This document shows positions 38,800 through 53,935 of a DNA stretch of 64,000 nt, piece by piece. The notes under the pieces were generated by a model. That model did not search any database. It was not told the origin of the DNA and saw nothing but the letters and a program-made list of their open reading frames with translations. This DNA is from Epiperipatus broadwayi. Lineage: Eukaryota; Animalia; Onychophora. The position numbers and the translations under genes are program-made. Each line of letters opens with the position of its first letter. Position 1 is the stretch's first letter. The stretch is from contig JAQFVV010000010.1 in assembly GCA_028023455.1 (NCBI GenBank), positions 11,346,001-11,410,000 of the forward strand. Reading direction: 5' to 3'.

Positions 38800-41300
38800 A
38801 ATTACTTATAACTGTAGATAACTTTCACAGTTAGTATTAAATGAGATATTAGTGGACATTAGGCAATTAGAGTAAAAGGCTAACAAGACAATTCGATTTG
38901 AAAATCATATGTACTTTATTATAAAGTCCCAAATATTTAAAGTAGAAATGAGATTTGTAATAAACAAAAGATGAAAAAATGATGTTGAGAAGATTGATGG
39001 TATATTACAAAGAATAGTAAAATTTGTGCTAATGGAAGATACTAAATGAAGACACTTCAGGCTGTATGATTTCCCTCAACAAATTATCATTACAATAAAC
39101 ACTAGAGAATTTTTAATTAGATAACCAAAATGCCTTTGATCCCCTAGGCCAAAAAGCATTTTAAAATTGTTATGGGAGATTAAAAACCAATTACAGCATA
39201 AAAATGCTGTAAATATGGATATGGAAATAAAAATGATCCTCACTCCACAACCACATTTGTGAAATTTGTAAATTAAACAAACAAACTGTATTTTAGAAAT
39301 TTTTATTGGAAAAAAATATGAAGCAGAAATAGAATACATCCAAATTCAGGTATAGCAGAATTATATTTCGATGATCATTGATTAAAATAATATAAAATAT
39401 GTTTTAATGTAAATATAGATCACCAAAAAGCTATTGTTAAAGATAATGCTATATTTAAATACAAATATATTATCTATGCTAAATTTAATATAATTAGAAG
39501 AGATTTGAACTCAGACTTTCAAACTCCTTACAGCTATCCACTCCAACTCATACACAAGACTACATACATGTGAAAAATATAAATGATCTCAATATACGTA
39601 TTTCAGGCTAAACCAGCAATAGATATTTCTTTCCTTCAAAAATATTCCAATAAATTTAAATTAGAATTTGCAAAACATTTTAAAAGAGGTTTCAAACTTG
39701 AATAAAATTAATAAGATGATAGATATAATGATACGCAGATAGCAGAAAAAAAAAAAAGCTGTAATTGAACAATAAAGCTTCAATCAAAATTGGCAGTGTA
39801 TGAAGAAAAGAAGGAATTTGAGAAATCGAGTATTTAAAAATGATACATGAAATTCTGTAATATATTATAAAAAAAAAAAAAGAGTTAATGATAACATAGG
39901 AAAACAATTGTAAAATGGTAAGAAAAGCTATTAAACAAAATACAAGTTCTAAAACATCTTTATATTGGAAGAAAAATTATTTCAGCAATAAAAAGAAGAA
40001 ATAGCACTATTCTTAAAATAGAAAAAGACAGCACGAATTATGTGAAGAATTCTATATCAATAAAATATATGAAAATAAGTCAATGTCTTTTAAAATATCA
40101 AGCATTTTATATGAGAAGATGAGACACATAATTACATCTATGAAAACTTTAAAAGCTCCATGAAATGATGGAATCGTTACAGTTTTTTTTTAAAAAAAGA
40201 ATGAATAGAAAAACTATCGCCAAAGTTATATTGTATACACTAGATATATAAATGATAAAGGTAGTTGATGATTGGAAGAATGTAGTAGATATAGTGACAT
40301 TTAAAAAAGGTGAAAAAGAAATTAAAATTACAGATTTATCAGTTATATAGAACATCTTTATTTAGATCATTAAAATTCATTGACAAAAAACAGAGGTTTC
40401 AAGATAAACTAAATTAGCTGTTATAATAAAATAAATTACATCTAATTAATATAAAAATTGCTCAAATCTACAGTTTTGCAACATATGAAGATCTTTCAAT
40501 CTTTAAGCATCAAGTTTTGGAACAACCATAGATTCAGGATATTGTCAATTTGTGAAGAATATTTATCAAAATGCTACAGACAGTAATTACAAAAGATAAC
40601 ATTAAGATTAATAAAGATGTATAATAAGACATTCTCCCTTTCCAAAAATTTCTATAGTAGATATGGGAAGTATTTCATTGATTGAAACAGGAAACTAAGA
40701 AAGAAAAATAATTACGATTATTTACATCATTTAGATTTTTTGCAAATTAAAATTGTTTAGAGTTTCAAGAAATGTTACAACAACTATCACCTAAAAGTTA
40801 GATAGTATGGCCAAAAAGAAATATTAAAGAATATATATTTTCAATACCTTTTTCAATAAAATAAAAAAAGGGAGGGATATGATGTTAGTACTTTGGGCAG
40901 ATTCTAAATATGGATGAAAATATACTAGATGAAATTAATTATAGAAATAATATGAATGGATTGCTTTTGGAAAAAATAATTTAATAAATGAATTATATCA
41001 GTGTTTACTTAATGAACTGAGATTTAGACATTTAATAGGATAATATAAAAATGCAGCCCCCACACTGAAATATGAAAAGATGTGTGGAGATTAACTAGGA
41101 ATTGGAAATATTAGAATACATAATAAAACAAAGCAATTGCAAAAAAAATAAGAAGATGAAATAGAACAGAACTAGACATGTCACTGAAAAAGACAATACA
41201 TAATGTTTAATATTAAAATTGCATCTTGAGATTATAAGATATCAGAAAAAAAAAAGGCCATATATAAAATAGTTGGATGTGATAAGTAAGTTTACAAGAG
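38800..41300 (+). mobile_element. Heavily decayed non-LTR retrotransposon (RTE-like): APE endonuclease then RT
   Basis: Translated relics include MRFVINKR*KNDVEKIDGI (APE), KAP*NDGI, DWKNVVDIVTFKKGEKE, NIYQNAT, YLHHLDF and EFQEMLQQL. Boundaries approximate. Confidence 0.65.
39498..39620 (-). mobile_element. 5'-truncated family 2 fragment retaining the 3' half of the hammerhead
   Basis: Minus strand TGCTGGTTTAGCCT-GAAA-TACGTA-TA-TTGA followed by the family 2 3' end GAAAGTCTGAGTTCAAATC. Confidence 0.65.
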
Positions 41301-41449
41301 TGATATGGGGAAAAAAGTTATGAATTGGGGAGAATGGATTAGAGGTTTTTCATGCTGCAGTAGAGTGAATAGAGTTTAAAATGATGATCATGTGATAAAG
41401 CCTTGGATTACTATTATTATATGAAATTATCACCTCTCCGAAAATCTGC

Positions 41450-42330
41450 TTATCAAAATACTACCAAGAAATAAATTCTTCATTTCAAATTTATTCTTTT
41501 CTCACATTTTCTTTAATTTCATTATTTCGTTCCCTTATCTGTGTCTAATTCTTCTCTATAATATTTCCTATTTACTCTTTTAGTGTACAATTCTTTTGAG
41601 ATTTGTTCATGTATTCTTTACAATGTATTTTTGTTAACATGCATATTTTCTTCACAAACTTTAAGTGCTTTCATGTAAGGCATTCATCTTTCTAATAAAA
41701 ACTTTTATATTTATTATATAAATTATTACATATAAAAAGTTTCTTCATTATTATCATATTTTAACTCCAAGGATTGAAATTTAACACAACTTCTTTCTTA
41801 CCTCCAAGCAGTTGATACTTTTGTCCTATGATTTAAATCAATAATAACAATAATTCTACAGTTATTTAACTGATCTAGCTGGAAGTCAATCCACAAACCT
41901 ATAACTTTTGAGTTTGTCATTCTTAATCTAGTTAAACAACAGTTATTTTACAATTTAATACTTTTTTTTTTTTCTATTCTAAAATCATACCCTTTTTCCA
42001 GTACAATTAGGTCTTACATTTCATATTCTAATACCAAAATATTTATATCTGCCACATTGTAAACTATTTATATGATTCATAAACTTCATTTATTCAAAAC
42101 TGCATGTATTTTTTTCATCTAACCTTTCTGATATTTTAGATTTCTTATAGCATACGCAATCTTACACTGCTATAATTAAATGATTTATTGATTCATATAT
42201 TAATTCTGGTACATTAAAGCAGATCAGCTCTAGGCATAATCAGATGAATCCATACTTTTGCTATAATATTTTCCTTTTACTTTATCCACCATTCTCAAAT
42301 TCTATTTGCAATCACAACTTTATCGCAAAA
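41450..42330 (-). mobile_element. Decayed LINE endonuclease-region fragment, inverted relative to 38800-41300
   Basis: Minus-strand relics VVLNFN (GDFN-like) and KVCEENMHVNKNT; many stops. Confidence 0.4.
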
Positions 42331-43482
42331 ATCTGATAGTTTTTTACTTACATATATATCACACACCAACAATCAGAGCTTAAATAAAACTATAGACTCA
42401 ACAATCTGTTGTCAAAGCAACCTCTATAGGTAAAAGATGGATAATTACAGAAATTGACTTTGATAATAGATTGATGATTTTATGGTTTATTTAAGCTTTG
42501 GCTATTATCATGGGTCATATTTAGAAAACACTTAGCTACAACAATTTATGGTTTAATATATATATATATACAACTGACAAACTGATAGATTATTGTAGTA
42601 ATAATACATATTAGAAGAATTTGGTTTATTCTTTTGTATTGGTGTTCTGGTTCATAATGCTAGATTGTTTGGAGATTCGCTCAATGGAGATTGGTAAGAA
42701 ACAATTTTGCTATGAGTTCATACATGTCTTAGTAAAAAAAAAATTATTCCATTTAATTTATAAAAAAAATTTAAATTTAAAATTGATAAAATAAGACTTG
42801 TATTTATCTTAAAAATATTTAATGAGATTTACAATATAATATCACATTCTCAAAATATATCATATTATTTTATGAACATTTATTTTTTGTTTGAAATCCT
42901 AGCAGAACTATTAACTGACAGCTTGCTGAAACACCTCGTAATGTGAGGATTTCATTTATTCTTTTCCTGTGTTATTCCACTCGAATGTTAAATGCAAGGT
43001 TATTTAGAAATTAATAATATTGAAATGAGTAATGAAAAGTTGCTATTATTTGTTAATATATATCTGCACATTAAAAATTCTCTGTTGTAATTCATCAATT
43101 TTTATGAAATATGAATATTTATTTAAGAGTTGCAATAACACTCGTAGTGTAATAAAATGTTTATACTATCAAAAATATATCCTTAACTTTTTATCAGAGA
43201 ATTTATTCAATTTTTTTTTGTCTAACATCTGTTGGACTCTATCTGTTAAATATAACTTCAAATTTATCACAGTCAGAAAATCCAATACATGCTTGTAATC
43301 TGTTTTTATAGATGCGACATAAATCAATATACAATGTCGGTTGTATACATATAAATGTATTTAATACATTTACATGCTGGCACCCAAAGAAATATATATT
43401 CATCCACACAATGCAATGATTATATTTTATATTTTTTTTCTAAAGGTTAACTTCTTAATTGAATGATAATAAAAAAACTCAC

Positions 43483-43558
43483 CCAAACTTAGCTGTATCA
43501 GGTTCCATTTCAAGCAGTTCTCGGATTGGAGACTTTGGAACATTTGTACTAAATTGCT
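43483..43558 (-). CDS. Dcr-1: Dicer-1, penultimate coding exon
   Basis: (E)[24 protein letters not shown](G); TTTTTTAG acceptor and GTGAGT donor; phases match both neighbouring exons. Confidence 0.95.
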
Positions 43559-46099
43559 CTAAAAAATATATGTACATAGATTAAGGAGTGAAAATAAAAA
43601 TAGTTTAATTAACTTTTAATAATATATTTATATTTTTTAATTAATACATGCAGATGTAAAAAAGCAACAACAACAAAAAAGATACATTAAGAAGAAAAAT
43701 CGGCTTAAAATTTTAGATATCTCACTACTAAATGTTAACTGTAAAACTTTCTTTTTCATATGACATATAAAAATAAATTTGTTATATATGTTTGTTTGTT
43801 TTTAAAAAAAATTGAGATAATTAGATATTTAATCTCAAAAATGCAAATGATATTGAAATAAAATGATTATTTTTTGTTTTAAAAAAAGTATTGTAGTAAA
43901 TAAAATAATACCAATACTTCAAAATATTTATGGTAGGCAGTTTTTTTTTTTTTGTCTAAAAAAATTTTTTTTACTAAAACAATAAAACTATAAAATTTTA
44001 CTTTATTATTAAATTTAAGTTACTTTACATTAAATTTGAAATGATAAATTTATTCTTGTTTGATTTTTAGTAATTTCATCTAATTAAGTTATAAAAAAAT
44101 TATCAATTACTAATATTATTTATTTATACAAAAAATGTGTTAAAGTATCCATTTAAAAAGAGACAGTCTAAAGACCAAAATTGGAAAAAAAACTCAGTTT
44201 AGTAAAATATATATATCTTTTACATTTTGTGTTAAAGTGCCAGCATTAATCCTGGATATGTCTTTAAACAATTGGCTGATACAAGGGTATAATTTTCAAT
44301 ACTGTAAGACATAAAAAGTAAATGAGTTTTTAAATTCAAATTTAACATTATTTATAACTTCTTGGTATAATTTTTGTATACAAAGTGGATGTAAAAAAAA
44401 ACCCTCTAAGTTTATATGCCATAACTTAAGTAAAACACTAAGGGTGGTTAATAAATTTTATTGATAACTTTATTTAATTAAAATATTTATAGACTGCTTT
44501 CATAAATTTCCTATGTTTGTAAAAAGCATATTATGAAAGAAACTGTTATTTGCAGATTTTCTTCACTTTATATTCATTTTCCAAGTTGAAAGTATGCCCA
44601 TGAAACATTGCAATTAAAATTAAATTTAATAATTACATATATATTTAGTTGTATAATGTTTGTGAGTGTTGAATTTCTGTTTAAAGAATTATAAGGAAAT
44701 TCCAATTTTCTATGATGGAGTACATAATTTTAAAACATTTCATGATAAGAATAACTAAACTGTTAATTTAAAATAAAATAGGTGTGAATAAATTTTCAAT
44801 TTTAAAAATATCTTATTTTGAATATAAAATAAATTAAGTAAAAAAAAGCCTAATAGTAATAGAAGTTAAAAAATGTTAAAAGTTTATGAATTAGCTCTTA
44901 TCAAAGAAAACTCTATACAATTTTTTATATGTCATTTACTACATATGCCTATCATATTTATATTTAATTTTTGAAATTAAATAATATTTTAATTTTAAAA
45001 TTATATGCACAATAAAAAATAAAATCAATGGAAATTGTCATCAACTAAACTTATTTTAATAATAATAACCAATTTTTAATCAAATTAATTAGTAAGTATG
45101 AATTAATTTTTTGAGATGTATCATATTTAATTAAGTCTAAGAAGTTTATATTATAAATGAGGCTTAAGTTGACAATTTTCTTTCTAAACAAGTCATTTAT
45201 TGATTATTCATGAAATAAATATAACACTATTTGATAAACTGATAGTTTAAAAAGTGGCGCTCCATCAACATACTTCTTAGTAATTATAAAGTGTCTGTCT
45301 AATCTCATTTTTATTCAAAGTAAACTTGCTATTACAAAATTAAATGAATAATATGCGAGCAAGAAAAACAATATATAACTTTGTCGCAGAAATTTAAAAA
45401 ATACCACAAACATGAAGCACAAATTAAAAACATATTATTTCATGTTCAAAAAATTGAAGATAAAAAAAAAACCCGTTAAAATGGATGTGATTTTAAAAAA
45501 TGTGTAAAAATATCATGGAAAGATCAAATTAAAATAAAGCATGAAACAGTCAGAAAACAATATGATATGACTATGATGATCTCATTAGACTATCACTATG
45601 CCAATAAATCATATATCAGCAAAAAAAAAAATAACTAAGAGGAAGATCCAAAAAAAAAATAATAAAAGTTATGACGATCCTTTCCCTTTTCAAATTATAA
45701 ATTTCAGAAAATTGGTGAAATGATAGAATGAAATTTAGATATCAAATAACTTCAAATAGCATTTAGAAACAAATGAATGTTAAAAATAATTAAAAAAAAA
45801 AAAATCAAATAGTTTACTACTCAGGAATCCATAAGAAGATTGAGCACCAAAAGTGACTCATCCATGATCCAGGGACCTTGAGCTTTAAAATTTGCCTCTC
45901 TACTATTGCATTAAATAATCAGAACATCCATGCAAAAACAATTATTTTTTTTAAATGCCTTCCAATACATTGTCTAATCAATTCTTCAAAATAATTTGCA
46001 ATTCTAGATGTGGTAGAATTTTCTATGCAGATATGGTAGCTAAATGCTTCAAGAATGATGTTTCAAAGCTGTAAAACTAAATTTCAGACTAGATAGCTA

Positions 46100-47011
46100 C
46101 CATGTTTCCCCCAAAAATAAGACTGTGTCTTATATTAATTTTTGCTTTAAAATTTACCATAGGGTTTATTTTCAGGTGATGTCTTATTTTTTCATGTACA
46201 AAAATGTACATTTATTCAAGTATTTCTCTTTACAGAAAGCTGTAAGATTCTTATCCTGGGCGCCCCTTACCACCAATTCCTTTCTTGTACTAGCCTGAAT
46301 AGCTCTTTCTTTATGAACTTATCTTATCTGGAAATCAGAATATTATTCCATTTAAATTTATCACTAAATCAAGTGTTAATTGAAGACTTGCAGAGACAGG
46401 TGTTGTAACAAAAATGATGATTACTATTAAGAATGATTTGCCCACACAAAAGTAACAAAAAAAAAAATGCAAGCACAAAAATTCAGAAAATGTTTTTGTA
46501 TTTTTTTTTAAAACTTTTCTTTAGGAGAAAGAGTGGCAATTTAAGTTAAGTTAAACTTTGATTATTAGAATCACTTTTACTATTTATAATCTTTTAGGAG
46601 GAAATCTTTTAAGAAATCAAACTAATTTTTCTTTTATCTTGAATATTTAGAAGTTACCATGAGGAAACTCTAAAACTAAATCCAGCATTCTAAATCTAAG
46701 ATTAAATATAAATAAGTACCTAAAAATATATAAATAAAATTATAAATTGTCCGATATATTGATTTGCAATACATAAATTGTTATTCTATACAGATAGAAT
46801 TACTTTTGTCGAAAATGATTGATGGAAAAATATAAAACGTCAATAATATTGTTTATTTATACATTCATGATTTTATAATACACCTATTGTATGTTTTAAC
46901 AGGTTGATGATCTTAACTAGAGCTTATATTTGGAGTTCTTATATTATAAGCTTGCGAAAAATCATGGTAGGGCTTATTTTCTGGTTAGATCTTACTTTTG
47001 AGGAAACATGG
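46100..47011. mobile_element. Non-autonomous Tc1/mariner-pogo-type element
   Basis: TA|CCATGTTTCCCCCAAAAATAAGAC ... GATCTTACTTTTGAGGAAACATGG|TA; ~24-bp imperfect TIRs with TA flanks. Confidence 0.75.
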
Positions 47012-48513
47012 TATTAGCCCACAATCACAGTATTTGCTTCTGATTGGCCACAAAATAAGCATTTTTTTAAAGTATTATATCAAAAAGAATTTTGTTCTTT
47101 TTTATAAATTTTAGTGCAATATCTTCAAAATGAAAAATTTCCAAAGCATATTTGATATATAAATCAGAAGTTTCTCTTGAGAACTTTAATGGTTTGAGAC
47201 TGCTTTTTTTAAAAAAGAGCTCTTTAAAAGCGAACACGTAGTATAGAAAATAAAAGAAAAAAAATACGATAACTGATTCATAATACATGAAAAAGAAATT
47301 TTTCTTTTTTATATTATTCAAGGATTCAATTATTAATTCAACAATGTAAAAAGCAGAAGGAATAAGACTAGAATAGTATATTCTTTTATCTAATACCATA
47401 AACTTCTACATTTTTCATATTCATAAAAATGGTATAATTTAATAATAAAAAAATGTTCAGTAAATTAGAAGTTTGCTTTTTAAAAAATTTTTTAATTCCG
47501 AATTTCTTCACTGCTGAAAGTATGCTTAACCAAAAATTTCCCATATTTTTCTCTTCCATAACTCTCTGTCCATATTTAATAGTAAGGATAATTTGTACCA
47601 TAATATCATATATAATCTTTTTGCTTTCATCAATATACTACTATTTTAGTCATATAATTTCATACATTATTGAAATGATTTTGTTTAGAGCAGCTTCTTA
47701 GTGTTCTAATTTTGAAATGAATTCTATCAATTACAATAGGTGTCAGATTTGTATATATTGTTTTTTTCATGAAATGTTTGGTGCCTGTGAGTTTTCAAGT
47801 AAATCAATTTTGATAAATCTACAATTTCAGGACACCACAAAAAAATGCCAATTAGGAAAGGTTATATTTAATGTTTACATTTTATTTTTTATTACTATTA
47901 TTTTAAAAAAGAAATCGTTGTGGAAAAATTCATTATAATATTTATAGCATATTTTCTTTTTTTGGGGGGGCGGGGGATTAATTTATTAAGAAAAAAAAAT
48001 ATAAATACAATATTTACTCTTTATTCATATTGGTACCATGCAATCATATCATGACCATTTATGCACACTTTTCCGGAGAGCAGAATCCCGTACCTTTGGA
48101 AATAGTTAACTGCATCACATTCTGTGACAGAAAGATCCCAAATTTTTATCATTATGATAATTTACCAAAAAGAAACACATTGAATTGAAGTATGACAATG
48201 TTAAGAGCTTCTTGTCACTTCCCATGTTATAAGTAAAAAAAAAAATTGAAATAAAGCTTCTTAATGAAATTTATCATGATAATACTATTCTATTAACGTG
48301 TTGAAACCAATGGCATTGTTTCTATAACCGCTCACAAATGTAACATTACCAGGCCCATCACTTTATGTGTGAAATAATAATAATAAGAATAATCGTACAG
48401 GTTAATGTAATTCATTTATTTTCCTTAATAAATTACTGTAATTCTTTTTATAATTTCTTTTTGTCTCTGGATATAACTGCGAGAAATTTTTTACACTGAC
48501 ATTTTATCATATA

Positions 48514-48678
48514 GGCCATTCTATCTTTTCCAAAGACTTTATCATGTGTTTGAAGTGTTTGTATTGATTCATTTTATAGTTAAAATCCAAAGCGCATGTG
48601 CAACAGTTTAATGCTGTTTAAAATATTACAGTTTGTAAAAAACATCGCGCTATATAAAATGATTGACTTATTTACATA
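48514..48678 (+). mobile_element. Family S fragment
   Basis: Matches 843-961 and continues into the 35-bp tail sequence (AAAAAACATCGCGCTATATAAAATGATTGACTT). Confidence 0.8.
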
Positions 48679-50569
48679 TGGGTTAAAGTAATTCATTGAT
48701 TGATTTCTCTAATAAATTACTGTCAAATTTATTCAATAACAATTTTATGATGATAAATTAAAACTTTTAACAAGTGCCTACAAATTTCATCTTAGTCCTG
48801 CAATGGGGGGGTAGATGATATGTCTTTTCACATCCGCAAGAATTAAAACTTAGCAATTAACAGACGTTATTGCAAATATTCTATTCTAGTAGAATTCCCC
48901 ATGTATGCCAGTGATCTGCGCTGGGAAAATCCCCCCCCCCCGCAAACTTTAAAAAGTCTACTATCATTTGCTTGACAGAAAACTAACTACATCATGGTGG
49001 AAGAAATGAGAATGCTTAATTACTGAACTGTATTTGACTTTTTTTTTTTTTGATCATTTTTGAAGAGGAAAATTAATCTTTATTTATTCCAATAGCTATC
49101 TTTGAAAGAATATATGACTAAGGTATGGTGGATAATATTAATGGCACACCTATTAATAACGATTAATAATTTTCCAACTCGTTATTGTTTTTTTTTTAAG
49201 ATTAAGAAATGTATTCTTTTAACAATTTCTTTTTGTCTCTGGATATAACTGCGAGAAATTTTACAATTAGTCATTTTAATTCTCGGTGTTCTTGCGAACC
49301 ATGACTTTTTTCGGGAGAACAGTGAAATTGTGGTTTCCAGTAATCTTTTCTAATTATTTACACCTTACATGTTGGGTTCAGAAACAGGGTAATGGGCTTA
49401 TAATTATTATTTTTTAATACTACATTAGGTAAGTTGGTTGTATTGTAATTACTTTCGAATGCAGATTGCAATAGTTTTGCTAACTTTAAATCCACCCACC
49501 CTGAAATGGTATGGTAGCGAAGTGTTAACATTGCTAAAAGATAGTATTGTGTGCACTCGCACAAACTGCACAAGACAAAGCAAGCTGTTAGTTACAACAG
49601 AAAAAAAAAGTTGTGGCTATTTGGTTTGACTGTGGCCCACTAAATGACATATTTAATTGCGATTTATTAATTTTGTTTTAATTTAACAACTAACATATCT
49701 TCAGTAGATTACAGTCCCTCAAAACTGTACATTTATCAAAAATACGGGCTACCATCTTGATTTACTTGAATACTCATAAGTACTAAATGTTCTGTAAAAG
49801 TTTCAATAATTTAACACATTTTTTCACAGCTATTTTATTGGATTTATAATTTGGCTAAAATTTAACTATCATATTTCCCATTATATATATATATTTATCC
49901 CAAAAATTAGTTGCAAAAAATCACCTTCAAATAAAAATGTCAATTTTCTTTCATTTTCGCACTTTTCTTTAAAATTGAATTAGAATATTTTTTAAAAAAA
50001 GAGGTTTTGAGATAATTAAAATATTTTGCTTAGTAATATAAAACAATTGTATGTGCATGATTGGGTTTAAAAATTAAAAAATTAATAAAAAGAAATGGAT
50101 ATTATTTGTGACAGTAATCTGCATGCAATTTTATATCTCAAATATATATAACTATTCACACTAATATTGCAGTTTATTTTATATGTTGAAAAACATGGCA
50201 ATTATTTATTACATTGATATAACATTTTTGCTATTCCTTTGCTATTTCTAAGTGTTTAATAATTAGACATTGTAAATTAATGTTTTTTGCCTCCATACAA
50301 TATTAGAATAAAAGTTATTTAACAATATATTATTCAGTTCTTATTGATCTGTTCTATTATTGACAATTATAGTAATTTGTGGTTAATTTTACTTGTTGAT
50401 AAAGTTACACGTTTTATAAAAAACATTTGAATATTTTAATATCTAATTATATAAATTAGATTTAATTTTAAAAAAAGTTAATGTATAAACAATTAAATGT
50501 GATTCTACAAAGTATACATAAGTTATAAAGACAATCACATAAAGCAGAAGAGATTAATGTTAGTCATAC

Positions 50570-50738
50570 CTATTTGTTCATGCATCATTTGGAAGTATAC
50601 TTTCCACACAGCATCCAAAGACATGCCACTATCTAAATAGATGGCACCCGCTACAGATTCAAAAATATCACCAAGAGCTTTAGGTGCCTCAACATCTTCT
50701 GCTTCTTCATTATCTTCATCACTGGAATTAAAATAGCC
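50570..50738 (-). CDS. Dcr-1: Dicer-1 exon, RNase IIIb C-terminal half
   Basis: [56 protein letters not shown](E), containing the catalytic D-x-x-E of RNase IIIb; AG/GT boundaries. I did not find the next upstream exon before 64000. Confidence 0.97.
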
Positions 50739-52543
50739 CTAAAAATAAAAAAGGTAAACAACATTTACACAATATGCTTAAAACTATTCTCAATACACAA
50801 ATTTAGTTAATTTGGCCAGCAACATACAGTTAATAATAAAAGAAATAATGATCAATTTTAAGATTAATCACAATCTGGATAGGCAATCTTAGAATTTTTT
50901 TTTTGGATACCTCTCTATTATTTATTATTTAGAGAATAAAATATGAGAGGGAGGAACTCTTAAATCCTAATTAATTGGTAGTTGTTTGGTCTCATAATGC
51001 CTTTGCCTTGCAGTAGGCTAACATTATTCTTTTACCATTATATACCGCAATGATGGAAATTTTTAGTATTCTAATTTTAAATATGAATATTTGTGCTTTC
51101 AAGTTTATTACTCTATGAAACTGAACTTATGAGACTTCGCATAGAATAAAAAAAATTATTTATTTCAGTTTGAAAAAACATTTGATAGAGTAAATAAAAA
51201 GATGTAAATTAGGGGGGAAATGATTTTTAAAAAATTCATACGAGATAGAGACATAAGAAATGTTGTTTTGATAAAAATGGAATTGAGATTATGGAAAGGC
51301 CTCACATTTGGTAATGATCTATTCGCCTAGCTATATTCAATTTTGAATCTTTAAACACTGCTTTGATATCATGAAGGAATACTGGGATGATTAATCCATC
51401 AACTGAAAATTCTTTTGATTTAGAAATTCATTTAGTTTTATACTACTACATAATTTATAAATTCAATGTGTAATCTAAAACATTATTTTTCACTGATAGA
51501 TCTTTTTTTTTTGCAAACTTTTAGTATTATTTGTCTTTTTAATTTCTTATTTGGTTTTGAAAAAATGAGAGAGGGGGTTAGGGAGTGGAAAAGAGGGAGG
51601 AAAATATGGGGAATTGTAAGTTTTCAAAGTTTCTTTTAATTTCTCGTAATACTACACAATACTGACTTTTATTGGGGATATCTATCTTTTTCGCATGTAT
51701 AGTCGTTTTCTTTTTATTTTATAAAAATGCCTTCCCTCCCAAGCAGGCATCACCACTTTACATGTAGCGAATAATTTGTAATTTGCCAGCATGGATGCAG
51801 AATGTAAAAATCACTCTTAACTACCACCCTACTTTTGTTTTCTTCATCAAAGACAACTTAAGGTTTAAATGAAAAACATTAAGAAGGTTTATTTTTATTT
51901 TTTTAATCCTCATCCCCCGAAAAATAATAAAACAATTTAAATGAACATCTCCAAGTCTAATGTTTACACTTGCTTTTCAAATAAAAACATTTTAACAATA
52001 TTAATAAATAACACAAAATTTATTTTTAAATTAATTTCTAACAAATTAAAATTTTAAAAAAAGTATTTATTGTAATGTATGAGGCAAAAATGTTTCCTTT
52101 TTATCTTTTAGTTTTGTTATATTTTTTAATTATTTAGTAATCTAGATTTTTAAAATGTAAAGTATGCTGAATCTTATACTTATCGATTAGTTATACCAGA
52201 ATTATGTTATGATATAGACAGTGTTTTAAAGAGACAATTAAAGAGAAAACAGAATGTAGGTAGTCAAGAAAATCAGTACCATCACATTTTCTGTTAATAT
52301 AGCAGTGCTTGTAAATAGTAATGATAAGATTAACAAAATATAACATAAAAAAAAAAATTTATAATGAATGCGTTGAATTATTATGGAAACTAAAAACCAA
52401 GAAAATAATTGTCTTCAACCATAATTGAGGTTTTCATATTTAACTTGAAATAAAAATGTGGAGAAGTTCAAGGATTAATTATGTTAATCTACAGGGAGTC
52501 CCCATACTTGTATTTCAAGTTAAATATAAAAACCCCAATTGTG

Positions 52544-52643
52544 TGCTAAGCATTGGTGGCCGAGTGGTTAGCACAGCTGCCATACAAGCAGTTGTCCCGG
52601 GGTTCGCTTCCCGGCCTACGCTTTGACACATTAAAAAAAAAAA
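52544..52643 (+). mobile_element. tRNA-Gly-derived SINE copy 5
   Basis: GCATTGGTGGCCGAGTGGTTAGCACAGCTGCC...GGGTTCGCTTCCCGGCCTACGC-TTTGACACATT-A(16). TSD AAAAACCC(C)AATTGTG at 52528-52543 and 52644-52658. Confidence 0.85.
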
Positions 52644-53935
52644 AAAAACCCAATTGTGATTGAAGAAACTATAATTTTTTTGGTTTTTAACTTCCCATAG
52701 TAAATAAAAGCTTTCATTATAAATATTTTTTATATCTGTTATTTTTAAGCATTCTTATACTTTTTAAAATGATTCCCAAGTCATCTTAGTGTTTGAAATT
52801 AAAATCATGAATATTAAATAAAGATTGTTTACAATGTATATCTACTTATTTCAATTTTTTTTTTAAAAAAAAATAAACTTTTTGAATAAAAAAAATGTTA
52901 TTTTTTAAAAAAGTAAAATTTTATAAATCAAACATTTCTTTTTGTTTAAATTTTGAATTAGCACTCAAATACTTTTTAATGTAACCTTTTTTAAAAAAAT
53001 ATTGCCTTCTCACATGTCACACAAATTAAAAATCATTTTTAAAAAATCAACTTTTACAGTGAAAATAAAAAATGTCATATATTTTTTTAAAAAAGAAACT
53101 TTTATTATCAAAATTTGTTTTTATTTCAATTTTAAAACAGTGTTAAGATACATTGTAAAGGTTTTTTAAAAATGTATATATATACCAGTCTCTCACATGC
53201 ATTACTGAAGTGAAATGAATGTATTCGAAATTTGATATTGAACTATTTAAAATTTCATCCATACACACTTTTGGATTTAAAAAACCTAAAGAATCTACCT
53301 AAAATATTTTAGTGTTATATTATATTGCCAGTGATTTATAATAAAAAAAATTACAAATTGAACAAATTATATTGAATTTAAATATATTATTTAAATCTCA
53401 ATTTTAAAATTTTATTTCTAATATAAATTAGTATTTACAAATAAACCATCAGAGATAGTAACTTAAATAAAAGTGTCTAATAATAAAATAAAAATTTATA
53501 GAAAACTGGAGATGAAAATACATACAATAAAAATGCAATAAGATGAGAAATTGTAATGATTAAATACAAGATTTTATACAATTTGAAAAAAGAATATTAA
53601 ATGGATGAAATAAAATGAAAATATTGTTCAATTGTAAATCTGTAGATAATACCCAAGAAGTGAAAATGCTACCAAGGAATTTCAACACAATGGATGACCT
53701 TACCAATGATAAAAATGAAGTAGAATATATTAAGCCAAATAAAAAAAACAATCTTGGAAATAAAATTAATGGAGATTATACCCATAAAAAAGGAGCAAGA
53801 TGAAATAATACTATATACTGAGATAAAACAGAAGCCATTACCATGAGACAACTTTTGGAATAGAAAAGGCTTAATAAAATACAGGCAAATAATTTAATTG
53901 ATGAGCCATAAACTCATGTTAAGATCAGCAAGCTC

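Noticed and set aside
48452-49262. ~39-bp direct repeat (48452-48490 and 49224-49262) as LTRs or a TSD
   Set aside because: Too short for LTRs and too long for a TSD, with no element ends defined; probably part of an unresolved composite repeat.
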